A stretch of 34,280 bases of DNA from a virus (lineage: Duplodnaviria > Caudoviricetes). The notes below the pieces were generated by a model that saw only the letters and a program-made list of their open reading frames with translations, ran no database searches and had not been told where the DNA came from. The translations under genes and the position numbers were made by a program. The DNA lies in the IMG/VR virus record IMGVR_UViG_3300022719_000274, positions 1 to 34,280 of that record. One strand, written 5' to 3'. Numbering within the stretch: position 1 is the first letter of the stretch; the number at the start of each line of letters is the position of its first letter. Below are positions 25,490 to 33,632 of this stretch, one piece after another.

Positions 25490-26946
25490 GATTCGAAGCT
25501 GAATCCCATGTCAGAGACGGCCTCAGTCAGCCGTCCGGTCTCTCGGTCGTACTGCATGTGGCCCGCCAGTCCGGACAGGCCGGTGTGTCGGCAGAGGAGC
25601 AGCCGCACGGCGGCGTCCGTCCCCTCCTGCAAGTCTCGCTCGATGGCGACGACGGTCGAGCTCAGCTTCTCGATCAGGCCGCTCGATCGGATGTCGCTGG
25701 CCCGCACCCGGCCTCCCTCCTCCGCCGACTTGCCGTCGGTGCGCTTGAGGTGGCAGACGAGGAGCAAGGTGCAGCCCAGCTCCTTCGTCATGGAGATCGA
25801 CTCGGTCATGAACCGATCGACCGCCCGCCGCTCGTCATCGCCGTCGGAGCCCCCCAGGACGACCGAGAGGTTGTCGAGCAGAACGACGCGGCAGCCCTCC
25901 CCGGCCACCATGAAGCGGATCTTGGAGAGGATCGACTCCGCGTCAAGGCGGCCTTCGGTGTTGTACATGATCAGCCGCTCGTCCAACAGGGGCGCGACCT
26001 CCTGCACGTCCGGGTCGGACCATGGATCGTCCTCGAAGCGGAGCGGTCGGGACACTAGGGGCGTGACGATGTTGGACAGGTTGTCCTTGAAGCTGCCCTC
26101 GAGCGCTACGACACCGCACGTCACGCCCTCCTGCATCAGGTGAGCGACGGTCTCGAACGCCAGCGTCGACTTGCCGGCCTTGGTGCCGGCGACGAGCGTG
26201 ACCACCTCGCCCGGCCGCATACCCATGGTCATCCTCTGCAGCCCTTCGTGCGGCCAAGGGACCGACGGCATGGAGCGCCATCGGCGGGCGATGTCGACCA
26301 TGGAACTCAAACCCTTGACGATGCCGTCCGGTCGCCACTCCGGGGCCCCCCACAGGGCGTCCACCAGCTCCCGCGCTTCTCCCGCCTGGAGCATCTCGTT
26401 GGGGTCCTTGCGGGGCAGCTGAGCGACGCACGCCCGGCCGGGAGGGAGCAGCTGCGCGAGCTCGAGAGCCCCCTCCCTCCCGGCGTCATCGCTGTCGAAG
26501 GCGAAGACCACGCGGTCGAACCGGTTGAGCCACTCCAGCTCCGCCCGGATCACGGCGGCCGACCCCTTCGCCCCCCAGGGGACGCTGACTGCAGGCCAGC
26601 GGTTACCCATCGCCTGCGACACCGACATGGCGTCGATCTCGCCTTCCGTGATGACGAGCATGCGGCCGGCGTCCCGGCACTTGTTGCGCCCGAAGAGGCC
26701 CATCGCGCTGGCGTCGCCGGCCACCATGAAGGACTTGTCGGGAAACCGCAGCTTCTGACCCACCAGCCGACCATACGGGTCGTGGTAGGGCGCCACCTGG
26801 ACCGGCCGGCCTCGGTAGACCGCTCCCCCATACCCGTAGTGGCGGACAGTCTCGGCCGAGATCTTCCGGCTCGGCAGGCCGTCCCGCAAGGGTTGAACAC
26901 GGAGCATGTCAGCGGACATGGGCTGACTGGGGCTGGGGTGGCTCAC
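25486..26946 (-). CDS. Primase-helicase (T7 gp4-like) lacking the N-terminal Zn-binding domain
   Basis: TOPRIM motifs TEGEIDA, FDSDDAG and KDPNE. Walker A AGTKAGKST, Walker B LLDNLS, HLKR and DIRSSG. Start is GTG 26946 (GTGA overlap) or ATG 26919. Confidence 0.95.
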   Translation of the reverse strand: MSHPSPSQPMSADMLRVQPLRDGLPSRKISAETVRHYGYGGAVYRGRPVQVAPYHDPYGRLVGQKLRFPDKSFMVAGDASAMGLFGRNKCRDAGRMLVITEGEIDAMSVSQAMGNRWPAVSVPWGAKGSAAVIRAELEWLNRFDRVVFAFDSDDAGREGALELAQLLPPGRACVAQLPRKDPNEMLQAGEARELVDALWGAPEWRPDGIVKGLSSMVDIARRWRSMPSVPWPHEGLQRMTMGMRPGEVVTLVAGTKAGKSTLAFETVAHLMQEGVTCGVVALEGSFKDNLSNIVTPLVSRPLRFEDDPWSDPDVQEVAPLLDERLIMYNTEGRLDAESILSKIRFMVAGEGCRVVLLDNLSVVLGGSDGDDERRAVDRFMTESISMTKELGCTLLLVCHLKRTDGKSAEEGGRVRASDIRSSGLIEKLSSTVVAIERDLQEGTDAAVRLLLCRHTGLSGLAGHMQYDRETGRLTEAVSDMGFSFES

Positions 26947-27164
26947 TGCTCGAGATAGTACCGGGTGTAGCGCTGACCGCGCAGCGTGCGCTTCATCACG
27001 GTCCGAATGGAGAGCCCCGAGCGCCGGAGCTCTTCGATTCGCGCCGCCAGCCGCTGGATACCCATCACCTCGCGGGCCTCGGCCGGGCTGATGTCGCCCT
27101 TCTCGTCCAGGTAGATCCTCAGCTGACTGAGCTGACTCGCGTCCTTCGGGATGATCGTCTTCAT
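26943..27164 (-). CDS. Winged helix-turn-helix protein (HTH_39-like)
   Basis: ISPAEA...GIQRLAARIEELRRSG..I...RYYL. Strong AAGGAGAGG RBS. Confidence 0.88.
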   Translation of the reverse strand: MKTIIPKDASQLSQLRIYLDEKGDISPAEAREVMGIQRLAARIEELRRSGLSIRTVMKRTLRGQRYTRYYLEQ

Positions 27165-27181
27165 GTCCTCTCCTTTCGGTG

Positions 27182-27229
27182 AAAGAAGCCAGGCCTGGGT
27201 TCACAGTGGGCCTTTCCCCCAGACCTGGC
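27182..27229 (-). terminator. Intergenic 12-bp stem-loop followed by TTCTTT (terminator or RNase III site)
   Basis: GCCAGGTCTGGG pairs with CCCAGGCCTGGC around an 18-nt loop. Confidence 0.5.
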
Positions 27230-27247
27230 CAACGGCGCTTGCCGCAA

Positions 27248-27592
27248 CTATGCTCGGTCCTGAGCCTCTTCGAAAGCTCTCACGAAGCGGCCCGTGTCTT
27301 CGATGCGGAACAGGACGACCCACCGAGGATCGCCGTTTTGGCGCATCAGAACGATCGGGATCTCCTCCTTCTTCCGGTCCCTCTCGGCTTGCTCGAGGAA
27401 GCGAAGCGCGCCGATCCTGGCGTAGTGCTTCACCTCGACGTGAACACCGGGCAAGGCATCGAGCAAGTCGGCTTGGTGCGCTCCGGCGCGCTGTGCTGCG
27501 CGTACACAATCCGAGCAGTGCCAGTGTTTCCTGACCGCATCCCGGGCCTGGAGCTCTGCACGCTTGCCCTTGTCTCTCGATGCCTTGCCCAT
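27248..27592 (-). CDS. Holliday junction resolvase, Hjc-like PD-(D/E)xK
   Basis: SRDKGKRAE...ADL...HVEVK...EQA pattern. Confidence 0.85.
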   Translation of the reverse strand: MGKASRDKGKRAELQARDAVRKHWHCSDCVRAAQRAGAHQADLLDALPGVHVEVKHYARIGALRFLEQAERDRKKEEIPIVLMRQNGDPRWVVLFRIEDTGRFVRAFEEAQDRA

Positions 27593-27595
27593 GTT

Positions 27596-27754
27596 CTACA
27601 GCTTCCCGGCGACCCAGACGACCGCGTACGCGATACCGGCGATGATGGTCGCCCAGACCGCGAGGTACGTGGCAATGATGGCGCCGATGATGCGGAACGG
27701 GCTGGCGTCCTTCTTCGGCTTTAAGCGGAGCGGCTTGTTCTTGACGTCCTTCAT
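27596..27754 (-). CDS. Small membrane protein (52 aa), not in the ORF track
   Basis: MKDVKNKPLRLKPKKDASPFRIIGAIIATYLAVWATIIAGIAYAVVWVAGKL. GGAGG upstream. Fills the gap between ssb and the resolvase. Confidence 0.7.
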   Translation of the reverse strand: MKDVKNKPLRLKPKKDASPFRIIGAIIATYLAVWATIIAGIAYAVVWVAGKL

Positions 27755-27756
27755 GC

Positions 27757-28416
27757 TCAGCCTCCGAAGTCGAAGTTGGCGTTGACTTCCTGGTCTTCGG
27801 GCTCGGTGTCCTCCTCCGGACGCTCCTCGACCTCGAAGCCCATCCCCTCGGCCGTCTTCTCGCCGAAGCTGACGAGCTCGTGAACCATGACTCCCACGAG
27901 ACGCAGCGTGATTCCCGCACCGATGCTGTCGCTGATGAAGGTGTCAACGTTCGAGGAGACCTGGATGACGCTCCCGGCCCCGATATTCTCCTCCAGCCGG
28001 TCGCCGAAGCGGTCGACGATCATCGGCCGCCGCTCCCAGCGCTCGCCGTTGCGGTCGATCCCGCCGGCGAGAACCTTAAACGAGAGCAGGACCCGCCCGG
28101 TCGGGTTGTTGTCGTCGTCGAGCTCGTCCTTGATCGGCTTGTCGGCCGCCTTCGGCTTCTTGCGGCCTCGGGTGTTGACCTCCCGCGCCAGCTCGTACAT
28201 CTCGTCGAGCTGGCTGAGGAGCTCGGGGACGCCGTCGTCGCCGGGGTCCAGAGCGAGGGTCACCTTGTAGTGCCCGATCTGGTTGTCCTTGGCGTACTTG
28301 TCGTCCGGTCGGTTGAGGTGCGGGAACACGGCGACGCCCTTCGGCGTGACCACCTGTTCGAGCCGCTCCTGTCCGTTGTTCAGGGTCTTGGTTTTCATGC
28401 TTTCCTTCGGTCTCAT
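27757..28416 (-). CDS. ssb: Single-stranded DNA-binding protein (gp2.5-like)
   Basis: TPKGVAVFPHLNRPD, IGAGS and GITLRL motifs, acidic tail ending NFDFGG. Alternative start at 28398. Confidence 0.93.
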   Translation of the reverse strand: MRPKESMKTKTLNNGQERLEQVVTPKGVAVFPHLNRPDDKYAKDNQIGHYKVTLALDPGDDGVPELLSQLDEMYELAREVNTRGRKKPKAADKPIKDELDDDNNPTGRVLLSFKVLAGGIDRNGERWERRPMIVDRFGDRLEENIGAGSVIQVSSNVDTFISDSIGAGITLRLVGVMVHELVSFGEKTAEGMGFEVEERPEEDTEPEDQEVNANFDFGG

Positions 28417-30815
28417 GAGAAGAAGTACTCTGAGCTTGCGACCTCTTGAACGTCGAAGTCGCCGCGCTCGGGTGGCTCTGGTATTGTACTCCGCCGAAGC
28501 TGCGAAGCAAACTGGGTTCGAAGATCTTCGAGCAAGTCGGCGCTGAAGATGTCGACAACCGCCTGCCGCAACTGGCGTTGCATTGTTCCATAGTGGGCCG
28601 CCAGGGTGCCGTAGCTGTCATGGACGGTCGACATCGGTGCCCCTTCGGGCATGCGCGTCACGGTCCTCGAGAGCACTGCAGCGTCCAGTGAGTGGATGAA
28701 GTTCGGCGGCAGCCCGTTCACCATGCGGCGCCGGTCAAGCTCCTTCCGTGCCTCCTTGTAGGTCAAGTAGGCGATGCGGTCTCCGACGATGGTGCGCACC
28801 TGCCTCGAGGTCATCTTCTGGTAGGTCTGCAGCGCCAGGAACCCGTTCGGGGCGACCCACTTCACTGGGCGGTCTTCCTCCACGAACAGGCCGGCGCACT
28901 CGCGAAGCCAGTCCATGCAGTCCCGGGCCCCGTAGACCGTCACGTCGATCGCTCGGCTGATCGTGGAGCAGAGGAACGACAGCGCGTCCCAGTGCTCCCG
29001 CGGCCCGAAGAAGCGTTCCTGGCCGCGTCGCTTCTCCTCCTCGCGGAGCCAGTCCTCGATGTACTGCCGCATCGAGAAGGCTGTGACGCCATAGGGCATC
29101 GTCATTACCGCCCTCTTCGTCGACGAGCGGGGCAGACCCTGCGGGCCCAGGAACTCGAGCCACCGGCTCGCAAGGTGCTGATCCTCCGGCGAACTCCTGG
29201 GCTCATGGAGCATCGCGAAGGCGGCGTCCGCCACGTCCTGGTAGATGTCCTCGGGCCGGTCCCCCGGCATGCAGTTGGTCGCCTTCGCACCCGCCGGGTC
29301 GCGGAGCAGCAGCGAGTAGAGCTGCAGGCCGTTGTTGGTGCCGTCCGCGTGGCACGGCAGGTGGGAGACGTAGTTCGGGTCGTCGCGCCAGTGAGCCCAC
29401 TCGATACACCAGGCGAGGAACTGCCACGGGTCGTCGGCCGCTTCCCAGAAGGGTCGGCCATCGATGGGGTCATCGCCCACGGATCGGATCAGCGCGTCGT
29501 TCTCCCAGGCCCACTGGACGCGCTCAGTGAGTGGCAGCTTGTCCTTGCCGTAGAGGTTGGCGCCGTGGATCGCCAAGGCGTTCTCAGCTTCCTCCGAGCG
29601 GAGCGCGGCGCCGTCGGAGAAGAGCAGCAGTCCCCGAGCCAAGTCGGTCCCCTGGGGCTGGACGAAGTACGGGATCGGGTAGGTGCGCCCACGGAAGTCC
29701 ATCATCAGTGGGAACCAGAGGCGCTTGCCGACGTACTCGTGGCCCATGCGCAGCATCCGCATCACCTGTAGTCGCTGGCTGCGCTGCCCCACGTTGTACT
29801 GCCGCACGCCGGCCCGCTCCCGCCGGCGCTGCAGCTTCTCCTCATCGGAGGCGTCATCGGGCAGCCTCGGGGGCAGGGGTGCATCCTCTCGACCCGGTAG
29901 ACCGGCGAACGGCTCGCCCCCCGTCGTGTCCCAGAAGTACTGAACCACCTCCAGTACGTCCTCGTTGATGGTCCACGGGACGGACTGCAGGCGGTTCACC
30001 GACCGGTAGACCTCTGGCATGTCGTGGCGGCCGACCCGCTGCAGCATCTCAGGCGAAGTCTTGACCAGCGGCCGGCGCGTGACCAGCCCGGTGTAGTAGC
30101 CCCCATCCTCGACATCCGTCCAGTCGGCCGGCGGGCTGAGCATCGGAAGGTAATACGGCTCCACCGCTTCGTGGGCCTCGTGACTGCGCTCCAGCCACTC
30201 GAGCGCCTCGGCCTTGATGGTCACGATGCGCTTCGACTTCTTGCCGTAGTGTGAATGCACCTGGACTTCGCACAGTCCGGTGGTCTCGAGGAAGATCTCA
30301 AGCAAGAACATGCCGAGGGCACTACGGTCTCGAGTCGACCAGCGCTCGTACAGCTCCAGGTCTCCCGCCTTGCGGCGAGCCTTGTCCCGGAACGTGTTGT
30401 ACGAGGTGTACTTCGACCGCAGACGCTTCCACTGGCTCGGGCACCCCTCCCGCAGCTGGCGCATCATGCGCTCCTCATCGATGCGGCGCCCGATCGACAC
30501 GCAGAGGCTGGTGTAGCCGCGCGGCCGGCTGAGCTCGTCCAGCACGACCTGGCACGTCAGAGCTGCAAGCAGCTGGCTGCTCATCCGCCCCATCAGCTTC
30601 TTGGGGCGACTCCGGGAGCGCACCTTGCGGTGCTTCTGGAGCGCCTTCGTCATCACCCGCACCGAGGAGCGCAGTAGCTGCTTCCCGGCGCCGGCGGAGG
30701 ACTCCTTGCCCAACTGACGAGCCTTGTTGATCCTCGCTCGATACCGGTCGCTGCCCAGGCGCGCCATGCGGCGCTCGTGCAGGATCTGGTCGTCGCTGTA
30801 CTCCCGCTCGGTCAT
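28413..30815 (-). CDS. Single-subunit DNA-directed RNA polymerase (T7 gp1-like)
   Basis: DFRGRTY, DGTNNGLQ, RSSTKRAVMTMPYG, PNFIHSLDA and VHDSY motifs. Confidence 0.98.
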   Translation of the reverse strand: MTEREYSDDQILHERRMARLGSDRYRARINKARQLGKESSAGAGKQLLRSSVRVMTKALQKHRKVRSRSRPKKLMGRMSSQLLAALTCQVVLDELSRPRGYTSLCVSIGRRIDEERMMRQLREGCPSQWKRLRSKYTSYNTFRDKARRKAGDLELYERWSTRDRSALGMFLLEIFLETTGLCEVQVHSHYGKKSKRIVTIKAEALEWLERSHEAHEAVEPYYLPMLSPPADWTDVEDGGYYTGLVTRRPLVKTSPEMLQRVGRHDMPEVYRSVNRLQSVPWTINEDVLEVVQYFWDTTGGEPFAGLPGREDAPLPPRLPDDASDEEKLQRRRERAGVRQYNVGQRSQRLQVMRMLRMGHEYVGKRLWFPLMMDFRGRTYPIPYFVQPQGTDLARGLLLFSDGAALRSEEAENALAIHGANLYGKDKLPLTERVQWAWENDALIRSVGDDPIDGRPFWEAADDPWQFLAWCIEWAHWRDDPNYVSHLPCHADGTNNGLQLYSLLLRDPAGAKATNCMPGDRPEDIYQDVADAAFAMLHEPRSSPEDQHLASRWLEFLGPQGLPRSSTKRAVMTMPYGVTAFSMRQYIEDWLREEEKRRGQERFFGPREHWDALSFLCSTISRAIDVTVYGARDCMDWLRECAGLFVEEDRPVKWVAPNGFLALQTYQKMTSRQVRTIVGDRIAYLTYKEARKELDRRRMVNGLPPNFIHSLDAAVLSRTVTRMPEGAPMSTVHDSYGTLAAHYGTMQRQLRQAVVDIFSADLLEDLRTQFASQLRRSTIPEPPERGDFDVQEVASSEYFFS

Positions 30816-31198
30816 GCGTCACCCCCGTGCTGACCGGCGGGACGACCAGCCACATCCACCGCAGCCTCGTCCTCCCGGGCGTCGAGGATCAGCGAGCCAT
30901 CCTCGCTCTCAGGCAGTACCTCGTGGCCCCGGTAGTAGTGCTCCAGGTAGGCTCGAGCGATCTCCGGCCGCAGTCGGATCGGCGGGAGGGGCCGGAGCCG
31001 GCCCTGGCGGACCATCCAGCGTCCCGTGGTGGGGTGACGGAAGTTCCTGGGGGTCGGGTGGATCAGCCTCCACTCCTGGCCCAGCTTGCAGCCCAGCGTC
31101 TTCCGGATCTGCCGGTACTCTCGAGCTCGCAGCTGCTCGCCGGCCGCGGCGCGCTCCAGCAGACAACGCAGCTTCAGCTCTCGGGGCTTCATCTTCAT
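30812..31198 (-). CDS. Basic hypothetical protein (128 aa)
   Basis: ATGA overlaps at both ends, with the UDG-like gene and with the RNAP. Confidence 0.7.
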   Translation of the reverse strand: MKMKPRELKLRCLLERAAAGEQLRAREYRQIRKTLGCKLGQEWRLIHPTPRNFRHPTTGRWMVRQGRLRPLPPIRLRPEIARAYLEHYYRGHEVLPESEDGSLILDAREDEAAVDVAGRPAGQHGGDA

Positions 31199-31683
31199 AT
31201 CAGGTTCTCGAGAAAACGACGGGCGCGCTCGTTGTTCTCGTCCGAGCGCCAGAAGCGGGACAGGCCGGAGGGGTGCGGGAACACGGCCACCAGGGACGAG
31301 ACCCGGCTGCATCCTAGGGCGAATCCGGCCTCCTTCCACTCGAAGAAGTCCTCTGGGCAGCTGGCCGCCTTGGCCACCATGCGGCCCATCAGCAGGACGT
31401 GCGAGGGACGCTCTCGGTGAACCCGCTCGCACAGCTTCCGACGCCCCACGAGCTCGGCCTTAGCCATGTCGAAGGCGTCCGTGTGGCGCCGACGAGCACC
31501 CCGGCCGGACCACAGACGCAGCATGTTCATGCGCACCAGCTGCGGATGGGCCAGGTACTCGTCGGGCTCGAGGCCAAAGAGGCGGGCCAGGCGCTTACCC
31601 GAGGCGCCGCTCAGAGGTTCACTCTGGTCGGAGCTCCGGCTGGGCGCCTGGCCCACCAGGAGGACACGGTTCTCTCTGCTCAC
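31195..31683 (-). CDS. Uracil-DNA glycosylase superfamily protein
   Basis: VLLVGQAP (motif A), SGASGKRL, N, VLLMG and PHPSG (motif B). Confidence 0.8.
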   Translation of the reverse strand: MSRENRVLLVGQAPSRSSDQSEPLSGASGKRLARLFGLEPDEYLAHPQLVRMNMLRLWSGRGARRRHTDAFDMAKAELVGRRKLCERVHRERPSHVLLMGRMVAKAASCPEDFFEWKEAGFALGCSRVSSLVAVFPHPSGLSRFWRSDENNERARRFLENLI

Positions 31684-31687
31684 TCCC

Positions 31688-31930
31688 TCATTCTACTCCC
31701 TCTCCCGCTCCGCGCAACCAGAAGGGGCGAAGTTCTCGCTCCTGCTCGCTCATGGGAGACAGGTAGTCGAGGGCGGCGAAGGCGGTCTCGTCGTCGAGCT
31801 CCCGGCTCCCGCCCAAGCGGCGCCGGCGGGCCTCGTCGACCCGGTCCCTCAGCTCGTCCGGCCATTCCCCCTCCGGCATGGCCAGGAGTTCGGCGAGCGA
31901 ATCCACCAAGCGGTCATCGTTCAAGTACAT
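31688..31930 (-). CDS. Hypothetical protein (80 aa)
   Basis: GAGGGGG RBS, GC3-rich codons, fills the operon gap. Confidence 0.75.
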   Translation of the reverse strand: MYLNDDRLVDSLAELLAMPEGEWPDELRDRVDEARRRRLGGSRELDDETAFAALDYLSPMSEQERELRPFWLRGAGEGVE

Positions 31931-31939
31931 CGGCCCCCC

Positions 31940-32521
31940 TCAAAACTGGCTCTGATAGTGGGTCTTCGTGCGGCACAACGGAAACCGCAGCTGAAGTAGG
32001 AGCACCGAGCCGCCGTTGCGGCGGGACGGAGGGAGCCAGCTTAGCCGAGGGATCACCCACCAGTCGCCCAGCTCCAGCGTCGGGCCAGCCATCGGGCGAG
32101 CCCCGCCGTTCTCCGGCCGGTACCCGATGCCGCCCAGGAACCCGCCGACGCGGAGCCAGCGGTTCCCGAACGTGGCCGAGGCCGCCCCATAGGGCGCCCA
32201 GTCTTCGAAGCTGTTCCGGAGCGAGCCCAGCTCGAGGGCCAGGTCCGCCGAGTAGAGCTCGGTCATCTCATGCCGCCAGCGGACCTCGAGCGCGGCGCCG
32301 GGGTTCAGCTCGGAGAGCTCGTGGCGCGCCGGCCGGCCCGTCCGGAAGAGGTGCCGGCTCCCCACAGTATGCACTGCCGAGACCTGCGCCTCGAGGTCCG
32401 TCGGCGGCGGCGGCGACGCGCAGCCGGCCACGGACATCAAGAAGAACACGGCCGAGAGAACCACGAAGAAGAGCAGCTGGCGAGTCTCGGGCCACAGGTT
32501 GCGGATCAGTCGTCGGATCAT
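31940..32521 (-). CDS. Predicted lipoprotein / outer-membrane beta-barrel protein, PagP-like pattern
   Basis: ATG at 32521 after GGAGG. Hydrophobic signal ending VAG-C. Alternating beta-strands with SRHL, ELNPG, RNSF and GGIGY. Confidence 0.6.
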   Translation of the reverse strand: MIRRLIRNLWPETRQLLFFVVLSAVFFLMSVAGCASPPPPTDLEAQVSAVHTVGSRHLFRTGRPARHELSELNPGAALEVRWRHEMTELYSADLALELGSLRNSFEDWAPYGAASATFGNRWLRVGGFLGGIGYRPENGGARPMAGPTLELGDWWVIPRLSWLPPSRRNGGSVLLLQLRFPLCRTKTHYQSQF

Positions 32522-32691
32522 TGGTCCCTCCCTTGGGCTAGATCCATCAAGTAGTTCAGCGCATCGAGCGCTGCGTGGTCCTCGCAGTGCAGGCAGCACT
32601 CACAGAGTTGCCGACCGTCCTCTTCGTGGGTCGGCCAGTGAAAGCAGCCGCCCTCGCTCGCGTGCCGCTCGCCGTCACACTGGCAGCCCAT
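32518..32691 (-). CDS. Small Cys/His-rich protein (57 aa)
   Basis: TGATG coupling. CQC...H...C...CECCLHC. Confidence 0.7.
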   Translation of the reverse strand: MGCQCDGERHASEGGCFHWPTHEEDGRQLCECCLHCEDHAALDALNYLMDLAQGRDQ

Positions 32692-33632
32692 CAGAAGCGC
32701 CCCCGGAAGTAGGCCCGGCACGCCTTCACGACCCGGGAGAGCTCGTCGGCGGCTTCCGGCTCGGAGTGCTTCTCGCACAGCTTCCGTTGGAGCGAAGCCG
32801 TCCAGCTCCGGAGCGGATGGGACTCGCAGCCATAGGTGAGCCGGACGTTGGCGTCAGAGTCAGTGGAGGCCGTCCATGGGTGGCGACCTTCGCCGTGTAG
32901 AAGGTCCTCCGGGCCGTAGACCCGGGCCCGATGGGACACCCGGGCCCGGCCGGACACCCGTGCCCGGCCGGACACGATGGCACGGCCGGACACCTGGGCG
33001 TCGCTGAACACCTGAGCCTCGCCGAACACCTGGGCCGAGCCGGACACCTGGGCCGAGTCGGACACCCGTGCCCGGCCGGACACGATGGCACGGCCGGACA
33101 CCTGGGCGTCGCTGAACACCTGAGCCTCGCCGAACACCTGGGCCGAGCCGGACACCTGGGCCGAGTCGGACACCCGTGCCCGGCCAGACACGATGGCACG
33201 GCCGGACACCTGGGCGTCGCTGAACACCTGAGCCTCGCCGAACACCTGGGCGTCGCCGAACACCTGGGCCGAGTCGGACACCCGGGCCTCGCCGAACACC
33301 TGAGCCTCGCCGAACACCTGAGCCTCGCCGAACACCTGGGCCGAGCCGGACACCTGGGCGTCGCCGAACACCCGGGCGTCGCCGAACACCCGGGCCTCGC
33401 CGAACACCCGGGCCAAGTCGAACACCCAGGCGTCGCCGGACACCTGGGCCCAGCCGAACACCTGGGCCGAGCCGAACACCTCGGCCGAGCCGAACACCTG
33501 GGCCGATCTGCGAATGCTCGCTAAGCCGGACACCCGGGCCTTGCCGTACACTTGGGCCCAGCCAGACACTAGGGCCTCGCCGAACACCCGGGCCGGGCTG
33601 GACACGTACGCGGTTGAAGCAATGTAGACCAC
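32691..33632 (-). CDS. Hexapeptide-repeat (left-handed beta-helix-like) protein, copy 2
   Basis: A[QR]V[FS][GD]x repeats plus a C-terminal YGCE domain. GTG start overlaps the previous TAG. Confidence 0.85.
   Translation of the reverse strand: MVYIASTAYVSSPARVFGEALVSGWAQVYGKARVSGLASIRRSAQVFGSAEVFGSAQVFGWAQVSGDAWVFDLARVFGEARVFGDARVFGDAQVSGSAQVFGEAQVFGEAQVFGEARVSDSAQVFGDAQVFGEAQVFSDAQVSGRAIVSGRARVSDSAQVSGSAQVFGEAQVFSDAQVSGRAIVSGRARVSDSAQVSGSAQVFGEAQVFSDAQVSGRAIVSGRARVSGRARVSHRARVYGPEDLLHGEGRHPWTASTDSDANVRLTYGCESHPLRSWTASLQRKLCEKHSEPEAADELSRVVKACRAYFRGRF

Noticed and set aside
934-33524. Many long plus-strand and alternate-frame ORFs (for example 934-2151, 17199-18167, 18982-21033, 23600-24763)
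   Set aside because: These are shadow ORFs of GC-rich genes. They overlap well-supported minus-strand genes and have no motifs.
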